Shown here piece after piece: positions 15,947 through 24,227 of a stretch of 62,987 nucleotides of DNA. The position numbers were made by a program, and so were the translations under genes. The DNA is from an uncultured virus (IMG/VR IMGVR_UViG_3300035185_000031) (lineage: Duplodnaviria; Heunggongvirae; Uroviricota; Caudoviricetes), in IMG/VR virus record IMGVR_UViG_3300035185_000031; one strand, 5' to 3'. How positions within the stretch are numbered: position 1 is the first letter of the stretch; each line of letters starts with the position of its first letter. Under the pieces are notes generated by a model that worked only from the letters and a program-made list of their open reading frames with translations, searched no databases and had not been told where the DNA came from.

Positions 15947-17384
15947 CCGCGCCGTCCACGAAGATCAGCTCTTCTCGCGCACGAGTGATGGCCACGTAGC
16001 GGAGGTTCTGCTCCACCACCTCGTCTTCAGCAGTGAGGGTTCGATAGCTCGGACGCTTGAACGAGTCCTCCAGCATGAAGACACGATCCCGCTCCATCCC
16101 CTTGGCCTTGTGCACAGTCGACAAGAGCACGCAGTTGTAACGCTCGTCGTCGACAAAGAACTTCTCGATGCGAGCATGCACTTCACCTACGGACTGCGCG
16201 CCTGCCATGATCTCCCGGAGGCACTCGGCCTTGTCGCGAGCTAGTGTCGTGCTCCGCTTCTTGGCACGAAGCCGTTCGATCTCCGACTGCTCCCAATCTT
16301 CGACCCACTTGAGCAAGAGAGGAACCGTCTCCGCCTTGGACTGCTTGACGAGCTTCGTGAGCCCCTTCCCGAGCGCCTTGCCTAACACAGCAGCCGGCTT
16401 TCTAGCGAGCAGCATCTTCAAACAGAGACCCACAAGAGGAGCGTTCGTCCGGGATAGAACGAAGTCACCAGGCTGCGCTTCGTTCAACAGAGACGCTCTA
16501 GACGTGCGTCGAACGTGCCCGTCAGGACACGACTCGTCCGCTACGAAGTCCGGCACGAAAGCACGAGCAGCCTCAACGATAGCCTTCCCACAGCGGTAGG
16601 TCCGCGACATGAGAAAGACCTCGGCATCCAAGCCCTGGATCAAACCCTCCAACCCCGTCAACGAAGCCCCGCTGAAACGGTAGATGCACTGACGGTCGTC
16701 ACCGAAAGCCGTGATGCGTCCCTTGGGAGAGCACGCCCGCTTTGCTAGCTCGATCTGACCCGTGGAGAGATCCTGCGTCTCGTCGATGAGCACCCGCTTG
16801 AAGGCTTCGCACGGAAGCTCCAGAACGAGGGGCAGCCACACCATGTCGTCGAAGTTGACCTCGGTCAGATCGTCCTTCGAGAGCGTGAGCAGATCGATCA
16901 CGTACTTGACGAACGCCTCACGCTCCATGGGAGTCGTGCCGAAGTCCAAGTCGTGGGAATCGATCAAGGCGTCGATGTCATGAGGTTTGAAGAGCAAGCT
17001 ACTCTTCGCCAAGGATACCGCCTTCGCCAAGTCCAGACGCACGTCGTACGAAAGGTTCTGAGTCGACGGAAGGTTGTCGCTCATCAGGCGATAGATCTTC
17101 GGCTTGCCCTTCCGATCCAACTCGATGTTACCCAGAGCCCTGCGCACCTGGCGGTAGCCGTAGGAGTGCAGAGTCGACACCCGAGCATTCCGCGGAGCCT
17201 TGTCTTTCAACTCGTCCGCGATCTTCTTGTTGAAGGCCACCATCAGGGGACGCGCTTTCTCGATTCGAGAAGCTACCTCCACAAGCGTTTTCGTCTTGCC
17301 GGACCCGGCACGGGCAAGAGCCACAGAGTGCCCCTTGCCGCTAACGCTGTTGTCGATGACGGCTTCCTGTTCGGCGCTCCACAT
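15933..17384 (-). CDS. UvrD/Rep-family SF1 helicase
   Basis: ARAGSGKT, AFNK, TLHS, IDETQD, GDDRQ.IY.FSGA, TYRC, STVHKAKGME, YVAITRA. Confidence 0.95.
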   Translation of the reverse strand: MWSAEQEAVIDNSVSGKGHSVALARAGSGKTKTLVEVASRIEKARPLMVAFNKKIADELKDKAPRNARVSTLHSYGYRQVRRALGNIELDRKGKPKIYRLMSDNLPSTQNLSYDVRLDLAKAVSLAKSSLLFKPHDIDALIDSHDLDFGTTPMEREAFVKYVIDLLTLSKDDLTEVNFDDMVWLPLVLELPCEAFKRVLIDETQDLSTGQIELAKRACSPKGRITAFGDDRQCIYRFSGASLTGLEGLIQGLDAEVFLMSRTYRCGKAIVEAARAFVPDFVADESCPDGHVRRTSRASLLNEAQPGDFVLSRTNAPLVGLCLKMLLARKPAAVLGKALGKGLTKLVKQSKAETVPLLLKWVEDWEQSEIERLRAKKRSTTLARDKAECLREIMAGAQSVGEVHARIEKFFVDDERYNCVLLSTVHKAKGMERDRVFMLEDSFKRPSYRTLTAEDEVVEQNLRYVAITRAREELIFVDGAVDER

Positions 17385-17390
17385 GGCCGG

Positions 17391-17419
17391 AACGTACCAG
17401 GTGGTCTACCGATAGTCAA
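17391..17419 (-). promoter_or_regulatory. sigma70-like promoter, probably leaderless
   Basis: TTGACT-17bp-TACGTT-6bp-ATG. Confidence 0.75.
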
Positions 17420-17612
17420 CGAGAGGCGAATCGGTAGGGAGCGCCAGACGCAATCCGAGTGTGTACCCCTCGATGCGTGTGTCCTGATTCTTCTTGGTAT
17501 ACCGGGTCATCCTTGGCATGACCTGCGTCACTACGTAGAAGCGCCCGTCTCGAAGGAGCTGCGAACCGACTTCAGGTCGCAGTACTGGCTGGGGGTCGGA
17601 AGAACTTGCCAC
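17406..17612 (-). CDS. Hypothetical protein
   Basis: Small ORF in operon. Confidence 0.45.
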   Translation of the reverse strand: MASSSDPQPVLRPEVGSQLLRDGRFYVVTQVMPRMTRYTKKNQDTRIEGYTLGLRLALPTDSPLVDYR

Positions 17613-17808
17613 TGTAGATCCCTTGGGTTGCTGCTGCTACCTGGCACACGATGAGAGGCCCACCGTCCTCGCCTTGATAGATGTCGTCTTCTCGAAAAAC
17701 GGCTTCTCGAAACTCGGACCCGCCGTGAAGATACCAGCGGTAGAGGTTACCGCGTCGCACGCGCTTGACGAAGTGGCACCTATCCGTCACCTCCAGCCAG
17801 GTCTTCAC
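17572..17808 (-). CDS. Hypothetical protein
   Basis: GTG start coupled to the upstream stop. Confidence 0.5.
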   Translation of the reverse strand: MKTWLEVTDRCHFVKRVRRGNLYRWYLHGGSEFREAVFREDDIYQGEDGGPLIVCQVAAATQGIYSGKFFRPPASTAT

Positions 17809-18146
17809 CGCTTCTTCAGATCGTACTTCGAGAGCACGCACGTCTTGCAGATGTGCCTCTTCGCAGAGTCCCCCAATGCGTTCGGAGGTCCGAAGAGGAG
17901 AGCCCCAGGTTCCTCTAACAACTCACCGCAGGAGTCGCACAGGATCTGCAAGCCCCCGCGGGGAAGTAGGTTCCAAGCATCGATAGCCGCCGCCATCTCG
18001 GCTTCGTCGCTATCGAATCCCTGCTTCCCGAAACACGGTCCCGACAGGAGACAATCGTGACAGGACACTCCCACGATGTCAGGATCGAACTCGACGTTGA
18101 TCGACCTACACTTGGGATAGGGACACGGGAGCGCCTCGGGGATCAC
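17805..18146 (-). CDS. Lar-like (restriction alleviation) Zn-ribbon plus a second Zn finger
   Basis: LPCPYPKC...V.C.DC...GP...AIDAWN; CDSC...HICKTC. Confidence 0.7.
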   Translation of the reverse strand: MIPEALPCPYPKCRSINVEFDPDIVGVSCHDCLLSGPCFGKQGFDSDEAEMAAAIDAWNLLPRGGLQILCDSCGELLEEPGALLFGPPNALGDSAKRHICKTCVLSKYDLKKR

Positions 18147-18655
18147 GCGAAACGCCTCGGGCGGTACTCTGGGCGCTTCATGGTCTTCAGACTTTTCAAA
18201 AGCTCCTCGGTCACCTCGACGAGATCTGGCGGACCTGCACCGTACTCCATCAGCTCCTCGGCCGTCGCGTTCACCTGGAACTGCTTCATCTCCTCGTGAG
18301 CCAGGTGTCGTGCAGCACCCTCCTTGCCCATGGGCCCCAACTCAGGGTCGTCCTTCATGGGCATCTCCTCTTCGTCCCACCAGCGCTCGACGTTCTGACG
18401 CTGCGTCTCGATGGCCCGCTCGAAGGTGAGATCCACGAAGATGCGATCCCCTACACGCGGAAGGTGCTGCGGAACGTAGCGATCCTGCTTCCAGTTGACG
18501 TGCTGCATCTCCACACTGCTGCGAGAGAGGATGCAGAAGGGAGTCACACCGTCGCGAGAGTTCCAGATCAACTCACGTTCAGACCCGTCCTTGCTTGCGT
18601 ACTGCATCAAGCAGAACGCCTCAGGGTGATAGTTCCCCCTCGCGTCACGTTTCAT
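18143..18655 (-). CDS. Phage hypothetical protein
   Basis: H.EAFCLM.Y.....E.IWNSRDGVTPF...M.HV.W..D. Confidence 0.8.
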   Translation of the reverse strand: MKRDARGNYHPEAFCLMQYASKDGSERELIWNSRDGVTPFCILSRSSVEMQHVNWKQDRYVPQHLPRVGDRIFVDLTFERAIETQRQNVERWWDEEEMPMKDDPELGPMGKEGAARHLAHEEMKQFQVNATAEELMEYGAGPPDLVEVTEELLKSLKTMKRPEYRPRRFA

Positions 18656-18914
18656 TGATACCCGACTCCCTCGCAAGGCAGGACAACACAGCCCGCTGCA
18701 CCTGCTCGATCCATTCCGGAGGGAAGTGCTCCTGCACCATGACCTCTCCGACGATACGGCCCGTTGCGTGCGCCCACAAAGCGGACAGCTCTGCGTTCTC
18801 TTTGATGACCTTCGCAACAACCTTCTCGATCTGCTTCTGTATCTCCGCAAAGCGCGCTTCGCGCTCCTCAGGAGTCTCGTCAGGTTCGTGGAACGACGCT
18901 CCCCAGATCGGCAT
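18645..18914 (-). CDS. Hypothetical protein
   Basis: Start refined to MPIWG. Confidence 0.6.
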   Translation of the reverse strand: MPIWGASFHEPDETPEEREARFAEIQKQIEKVVAKVIKENAELSALWAHATGRIVGEVMVQEHFPPEWIEQVQRAVLSCLARESGINET

Positions 18915-19489
18915 CACGCACGCACCTTCGTGTAGTTGAGCAAGAACCGCCGATGGACAGAGAAGTCCCTGGGATCCAAGTAGGACGGAGGCAAGAACGG
19001 AGGGAGATAAATCAGGTACCCCTGAAGACGACCAACCTCCTCGGCCTCCTTCCTGATCTCGTGCTGAACATCGAGGGCTGCTTCTTTCGCCCACACCTCC
19101 TCAGGATCCGCCTCCTCGTCTCCAATCCAAGGGACGCGCAGCTTGCGGGAGACTCCGGGAACAGTCGTGACCCATAGCACCGAGGGAACGAACAGGGAAC
19201 GGTCGTGCTCCTCGAATAGAGGGTCGCTAAGCGTCCAATCAGCGAGGTACTGGCAGAAGAGCCTCGCGTTTTGCTCTATGAACAAGTGCTCGGCTACAGG
19301 GAGATCCCAACCCTTTTGCTTCACGTAGTCGCGAAAGTTCTGAACGAGCAACTGGCTCATGGAGACGATCTTGGCCTCGTCGTCCGTCAGCGCGTGATTG
19401 AAAGGAACTTCCGCCGCCCGGGGAGCTTCTGCAACACTCCCCACAGCAGGAAGAACACTCAAGCCTTGGAGGAACGTACGGCGTTTCAT
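18914..19489 (-). CDS. Tat-signal protein with a miniature gp23-like capsid P-domain
   Basis: MKRRTFLQGL; TTVPGVSRKLRVPW, D.E......A.DVQHEI, GYLIYLP...LDPRDF...R.....Y.K. Confidence 0.6.
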   Translation of the reverse strand: MKRRTFLQGLSVLPAVGSVAEAPRAAEVPFNHALTDDEAKIVSMSQLLVQNFRDYVKQKGWDLPVAEHLFIEQNARLFCQYLADWTLSDPLFEEHDRSLFVPSVLWVTTVPGVSRKLRVPWIGDEEADPEEVWAKEAALDVQHEIRKEAEEVGRLQGYLIYLPPFLPPSYLDPRDFSVHRRFLLNYTKVRA

Positions 19490-19800
19490 GCGGACTCCAA
19501 TCGATCTCGGGTTTCATAGATGGCGTTCCGTGCTCGAATGACGGCTCGCTGGTCGCCGTTCATGCTCACCACACTAACGGAATCCGCAGCTAACTCTAAT
19601 CCGTCGGCACGCCCTCGAACCAAGACACCGTTCCAACGAGCCGCCGCCTCCTCGATTGTGGGAGTTTTCGGACCAGTCGCTTCGCAGTCCTTGCAGTGGA
19701 CCCAGTAGGAAGACGGCAGACCGAATGACCCCTTCATCACGACACGGGAGGAACCGCATTGGGGAAAGGGGCACGGAGCCAACGAGGTCAGATCACTCAT
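19486..19800 (-). CDS. Lar-like Zn-ribbon protein
   Basis: LAPCPFPQCGS...YWVHCKDCEATGP...EEAAARWN. Confidence 0.8.
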   Translation of the reverse strand: MSDLTSLAPCPFPQCGSSRVVMKGSFGLPSSYWVHCKDCEATGPKTPTIEEAAARWNGVLVRGRADGLELAADSVSVVSMNGDQRAVIRARNAIYETRDRLESA

Positions 19801-19972
19801 CGTTTGACACCTTCACGAGGGCAGTACACGTAGGTGCCAAAGGCTTCAAGGGAACGAAGGCATCTCCGTACTTCTCGTAGTCCTGCTGCGTCTCGTAGCC
19901 GTCCAAAAGAACCTCTTTCAACAGGGTCTCGGTGTCGAGCGAAGCGAACAGCGCTTCCAGCTCAGTCTTCAT
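19793..19972 (-). CDS. 59-aa hypothetical protein (not in ORF track)
   Basis: MKTELEALF...DYEKYGDAFVPL...; fills the gap with overlaps on both sides. Confidence 0.5.
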   Translation of the reverse strand: MKTELEALFASLDTETLLKEVLLDGYETQQDYEKYGDAFVPLKPLAPTCTALVKVSNDE

Positions 19973-20231
19973 CGAAGAATACCCCCTCCTCGGACTCGTC
20001 GTCCTCGTCGCTAGCCAACTCGTCTTCCACCTCTATGAGGTGCGCCCCCTCGGGCAACCTCATGGTGAACTCCCACCCATTGTCCCCGTAGTTCACGTTC
20101 AGAGGAAGCCTCGTACCGTCCGGCAAAGCCACCAGAAAAGAGGCTTCGGCGGTACCTAGCTCGCCATCTTCGTCTTCGCTTTGGTACCAAATGTTGTCGT
20201 CCGAGTAGACGCCGATCTTCAACTCGCTCAT
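19962..20231 (-). CDS. Acidic hypothetical protein
   Basis: ATGA coupling. Confidence 0.65.
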   Translation of the reverse strand: MSELKIGVYSDDNIWYQSEDEDGELGTAEASFLVALPDGTRLPLNVNYGDNGWEFTMRLPEGAHLIEVEDELASDEDDESEEGVFFDED

Positions 20232-20743
20232 GTAGGCCACTCCGTTTCGTCAGAGTAAGTGTGAACCTCATGCTCGTCCCCAGAAAGACGAGAGAAAAGA
20301 ACGGCATCGAAAGACGAGGGATCGAAACAGATCACGTGCTCTCCCGTATTCAGTCGGTACGGTAGGCCCTGAGGCACACGACGAGTCCACTCATATTGAC
20401 CCAGTCGCTTGCGTAGCAGCAAACGCTTGGCGTCTGGATTCAACTCGTCCTTCCCTGGACGCTCGCCAGTCGCCTCCCAGGTTTCGCGAACGAGAAGGTA
20501 GGTGTTCCCTACAACACGCCGAAGAATGTTCACCCGACGTACTTTGCCCTCAACCTTTTGATCAGACACCAGGACCTGGAGAAGCTTCTCTGGATTCCCG
20601 TGTACGTACTGATACTTGTACAACCGCCCGTCGAGCAGAGCGGTTCCCGAGAACTCAGGCGCCTCCGAGGACTCTTCACACTCCACGAAGTCCTTGGAGG
20701 CTCGCAGCTGCTCCAACGTAAGGTCTACCGGAGTCCAACTCAT
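20228..20743 (-). CDS. Hypothetical protein
   Basis: Start refined to MSWTPV. Confidence 0.65.
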   Translation of the reverse strand: MSWTPVDLTLEQLRASKDFVECEESSEAPEFSGTALLDGRLYKYQYVHGNPEKLLQVLVSDQKVEGKVRRVNILRRVVGNTYLLVRETWEATGERPGKDELNPDAKRLLLRKRLGQYEWTRRVPQGLPYRLNTGEHVICFDPSSFDAVLFSRLSGDEHEVHTYSDETEWPT

Positions 20744-20747
20744 GGTT

Positions 20748-21008
20748 CTACCCACGGACCACGTAGCTCCCCAGTAGGAACGTGTTCCTGCATCTCGATC
20801 TCGATCTCCGCTTCGCTTTCGCGCCCAGGCCAGAAGCGGTCCGCCCAGGGCTTTGATAGACGACGGGGACCTCAGCCAGCGCCTTGCACACCACCTTGCG
20901 ACATGCCGGGCAGTGGTCCGGATGATTGTACCGACCGGCACCACCCCCGCTAGCTTGGTAGCGGTAGGGCGTCCCGCAGTACACACAACGCTTGCGGATC
21001 AGTTTCAT
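20748..21008 (-). CDS. Zn-ribbon protein
   Basis: CVYCG...HCPAC. Confidence 0.6.
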   Translation of the reverse strand: MKLIRKRCVYCGTPYRYQASGGGAGRYNHPDHCPACRKVVCKALAEVPVVYQSPGRTASGLGAKAKRRSRSRCRNTFLLGSYVVRG

Positions 21009-21226
21009 TCCGTGTCGATCTCCTCTGCCTTGAGATACGTCACGTCCAGGTTCGACGCTGCCTCCAAAACCATCTGGATGGTCTTCTGCGTGGGCTTCGT
21101 CTTCCCAGGGATGGCCTGCTGAATCAAGAGCGTGATCGCGCGATCGTTGAGCTTGGAATCCAGCAGCTTCTTGGCTGCTGCCGATACCTCCTGAATCGCT
21201 TCGATGATCTCGCTCGGTTCAGCCAC
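21005..21226 (-). CDS. Phage hypothetical protein
   Basis: IIEAI..VS.A.KKL..S.L..RAI.LLI. Confidence 0.7.
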   Translation of the reverse strand: MAEPSEIIEAIQEVSAAAKKLLDSKLNDRAITLLIQQAIPGKTKPTQKTIQMVLEAASNLDVTYLKAEEIDTE

Positions 21227-21263
21227 GTAGAGAACCGGATGGTAATAGGCAGGGGAACGATTG

Positions 21264-21509
21264 TCAAAGGGAAGGTTTCTTCAAGCGAGCCCGCAAGCGG
21301 TCTAGCAGGGCGTCCCGGTCCTCTGGGTACAGCACCATCACGAGACCTTCGGACGGTACTTCGGGATCGTCTTCGGCCACCAGCGGGAACGAGGCATCCC
21401 CGCAACGAACACAGCGTCCCCACTTGCCATCCCCGTAGGGAACGATCTTCGAGTGGGGACAGCGTTCTTCTTCCAGGTCGCTGAGGTCTTCGAGAACGAG
21501 CTTCTCCAT
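21264..21509 (-). CDS. Zn-binding hypothetical protein
   Basis: CPH...CVRCG; first gene of the leftward block. Confidence 0.6.
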   Translation of the reverse strand: MEKLVLEDLSDLEEERCPHSKIVPYGDGKWGRCVRCGDASFPLVAEDDPEVPSEGLVMVLYPEDRDALLDRLRARLKKPSL

Positions 21510-21521
21510 GAGGCCGGGTCA

Positions 21522-21550
21522 AGTATAGAGCAAGGACGTTTCCTGTCCTA
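21522..21550 (-). promoter_or_regulatory. Leftward promoter at the strand switch
   Basis: TAGGAC-17bp-TATACT. Confidence 0.45.
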
Positions 21551-21557
21551 GCTGTGC

Positions 21558-21586
21558 TTGACAATCCACACGCTGACTTGTATCTT
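21558..21586 (+). promoter_or_regulatory. Rightward sigma70-like promoter at the strand switch
   Basis: TTGACA-17bp-TATCTT. Confidence 0.75.
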
Positions 21587-21652
21587 CCCGAGCAACTCGA
21601 ACGTGAGGCAGACGCCGCCGCAAGGCCGCTGATGCTTCAAGGAGACAAGAGA

Positions 21653-22192
21653 ATGCCCAAGAAATCCAAGACCCCCGTTCCGTCCACCAAGCACCAGGCT
21701 CTTCAAACCGAGGTGGCCCCCTTCACCCGGGGCAGCATGATGAGCACGCCTCTCGACGAAATGTCGATTGCCGATCAAGTCCGAGCCTACAAGGCTGTGG
21801 ACTTCGTCGAGAAGCAGGCCAAGGAACGAAAGAGCCCGCTTCGCGCTTCCCTCCTCGCTCACGTCGAAGCTCACGGTGCCAAGGCGGAGAAGTCCCTCAA
21901 CGAGTACGTGGTCATCGACGGCTTCCGTGTGACCCGAGAGCACCGCCGGGAGTCGGCTCCCAACGCCGAAACGCTGAAGACGCTCCTCGAAGAGCACGGT
22001 ATCCCGTTGGAGGAGGCGTTCGACACGGTGAAGGTCCTCCAGGCGTCCCCGTCGAAGATCAAGTACCTGGTGGACTCCGGGAAGATCACGGCGAAGGAAG
22101 CGGAGAGCCTGCACGGCGTCACCCACGCCCTCAAGGTAACCGAGCCCAAGGAGATGAAGCCTCTCCTTGCCGAGTGCAAACCCACCAAGTAG
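21653..22192 (+). CDS. Hypothetical protein (coiled coil + beta; possibly Gam-like DNA-end binder)
   Basis: AGGAGA RBS; coiled coil followed by V.R......E.L..LL...G...K.V. Confidence 0.65.
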   Translation: MPKKSKTPVPSTKHQALQTEVAPFTRGSMMSTPLDEMSIADQVRAYKAVDFVEKQAKERKSPLRASLLAHVEAHGAKAEKSLNEYVVIDGFRVTREHRRESAPNAETLKTLLEEHGIPLEEAFDTVKVLQASPSKIKYLVDSGKITAKEAESLHGVTHALKVTEPKEMKPLLAECKPTK

Positions 22193-22204
22193 GAACCTCC
22201 TCCC

Positions 22205-22696
22205 ATGTCCGACGAGCCTGATTGGAAAATCGAATTCGGTGCCGAAGCGTCTCGTCGGATAAGGGAGCGGATAAAGGAGGGGGGACAACCACTGGACGCC
22301 TTGGATGAGGTGCTCGACGCCACTATCCGAAAGCACCCAGAAGCGTTTCTCGTCGCCATTCGACGAGCCCTGCTGAGCAAGGAAGTGCAAGGTGCCAAGC
22401 CAAACCTCGGACGAGCAGGCGCTCTCGCTGATACTCAGCGGGCCCTCGATGCGGTTCGGAACCCTCCTCAAGAAATGGTGCGTGTCCGTATCGCGGTAGC
22501 CGTCAACGAACATGCGCAGTGGGCGTGTAATGGATCCTCAGGAGGAGACGACACGAGCAAGGCTGAGTTCGCACGAGAGTGGCTGGACATGGACGCGCCG
22601 GAGAACAAGCCCAGCCTTCTGGCATCCGTACACTTCATCGAAGCCGACGTCCCTGTACCAGCTGTGCATCTGGTCGACGGCAAAGTAGCCGACTAG
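22205..22696 (+). CDS. Hypothetical protein
   Basis: ORF in operon. Confidence 0.7.
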   Translation: MSDEPDWKIEFGAEASRRIRERIKEGGQPLDALDEVLDATIRKHPEAFLVAIRRALLSKEVQGAKPNLGRAGALADTQRALDAVRNPPQEMVRVRIAVAVNEHAQWACNGSSGGDDTSKAEFAREWLDMDAPENKPSLLASVHFIEADVPVPAVHLVDGKVAD

Positions 22697-22725
22697 GAAA
22701 GCAGCATCTGGTAGGCTACCGAACC

Positions 22726-23283
22726 TTGGAGAAGGATCAAGAAAAGCGGGACCCCCGAGAGCTGCTCACGCGCGAGGGGGCTTTGATATTCGCTGAGCAG
22801 GTCAAGGGGAAGGTGCGCGAGATGTTCGACGCCGTGGGATTCATATCACCTGCGGCGTTCGTGCTCATGACAGTCGACCCTCAGACCCACGAGATGCTCA
22901 AGAAACCCATCATCGGAAGGATCGATGGAGACACCTCCACACCGGAACTCTCTGCGCACTTCGAAAAAGCTGTGAGGCACTCCGCGAAGATTCACAAGGC
23001 TGTAGGAGTGCTGATGGTGTTTCAAGCAGAAGAAGTGGAGCCTGCCCAAGGAACCACAGGCAACGAGAGTATCGACCAACTATTCGATCTCGAAAAGGAC
23101 GAGCACCAGCGCATCAAGGACGTCGTGCTCCTCGCCTTCGAACACCTGCGCTTCGGACGCCCCTTGGCTTGGGCAGCAGACGTCTTGCATGAGAACAGCA
23201 AGACCTACTTAGGGGACTTTCACGAGGTAGAAGACGTGAACGAGCACAGCCCCTTTGCCGGACTCCTCACCCACTTCAACTAA
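22726..23283 (+). CDS. Hypothetical protein
   Basis: Start uncertain (TTG 22726). Confidence 0.65.
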   Translation: MEKDQEKRDPRELLTREGALIFAEQVKGKVREMFDAVGFISPAAFVLMTVDPQTHEMLKKPIIGRIDGDTSTPELSAHFEKAVRHSAKIHKAVGVLMVFQAEEVEPAQGTTGNESIDQLFDLEKDEHQRIKDVVLLAFEHLRFGRPLAWAADVLHENSKTYLGDFHEVEDVNEHSPFAGLLTHFN

Positions 23284-23292
23284 ACCGAAGCC

Positions 23293-23312
23293 GTGCGTCC
23301 ATATGGACGCAC
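23293..23312. repeat. Perfect palindrome, copy 2
   Basis: GTGCGTCCATATGGACGCAC, 10 bp upstream of a -35 box. Confidence 0.95.
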
Positions 23313-23322
23313 TGGGGCGTTC

Positions 23323-23351
23323 TTGACTATCCAAAACCAACCTAGTACCTT
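23323..23351 (+). promoter_or_regulatory. sigma70-like promoter
   Basis: TTGACT-17bp-TACCTT. Confidence 0.7.
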
Positions 23352-23372
23352 CCCGTCAAGGAGACCGCTCGC

Positions 23373-24227
23373 ATGAAGCAAACAACGGAACGCATGCCCT
23401 CATCGCTCTTCGCTCCGAAGGATGTCCAGTACGTGGACGTTTTCGAGCTGATGCCGCTGTACGAGGGCTTGTCCTTTCGAGCGCCCACTGTCGCCGTGGG
23501 TCCCAAAGGTATCGGGAAGACCTTGAGCTTCCAATCGTTCGCCTATGCCAACAACTGCCCGATCATCACCTACGACTGCTCTGAGGACGTGAGACGCTCC
23601 CATCTCATCGGCATGCAGGTACTCCGTGGAGATCAAACCCCCTTCATTCTCGGTCCGCTCACCACGGTTTTCGAGGTTGCCAACGAGGTAGGAAAGTGCA
23701 TCCTCTGCATGGAAGAGATCAATGCGCTCACGCCTCAAATGCAGAAGGTGCTGAACGCCGCAACAGACTGGAGAGCACGCATCGAGGTTCCCGAACTACA
23801 GAAGGTCTTCACCTTGGAGAAGGGTGCCAAGGTGTGGATCGTTGGTACGATGAACTCTGCGGTCTACGGAGGAGTCCACCAGCTCAACGAAGACCTCAAG
23901 TCCCGTCTTCGTCTGATTGCTCTCAACTACCCCAAGACGAAGGACGAGGAAGCGATCATCGAAGCGACTCTAAAGGGGATCAGCAAGAAGCTACCGCCGA
24001 AGACGGTCGAGCGCGTACTTCTTCTAGCGCATGAGACCAGACAGAAGGCACTGGAGTACGCGCTATCGACCAGAGACGTGGTACAGATCCTCGACGACAT
24101 GGCAATCTTGGGCATCCCCAACGCTTGTCGGATCGTTCTCGGCAAGTTCGAGGGCGCAGACCGAGATACCGTAGAGGAACGTCTGGGATCTCTCTTCGGC
24201 ACCGCAGCCAAGAAGAAGAGTGCATGA
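23373..24227 (+). CDS. MoxR/CbbQ/NirQ-type AAA+ ATPase
   Basis: GPKGIGKT, GPL, EEINAL, GTMN..YGG...LNEDLKSR, L.YP, STR. Confidence 0.9.
   Translation: MKQTTERMPSSLFAPKDVQYVDVFELMPLYEGLSFRAPTVAVGPKGIGKTLSFQSFAYANNCPIITYDCSEDVRRSHLIGMQVLRGDQTPFILGPLTTVFEVANEVGKCILCMEEINALTPQMQKVLNAATDWRARIEVPELQKVFTLEKGAKVWIVGTMNSAVYGGVHQLNEDLKSRLRLIALNYPKTKDEEAIIEATLKGISKKLPPKTVERVLLLAHETRQKALEYALSTRDVVQILDDMAILGIPNACRIVLGKFEGADRDTVEERLGSLFGTAAKKKSA

Noticed and set aside
21548..22513. 321-aa minus-strand ORF
   Set aside because: Antisense to plus-strand genes that have a promoter and RBS
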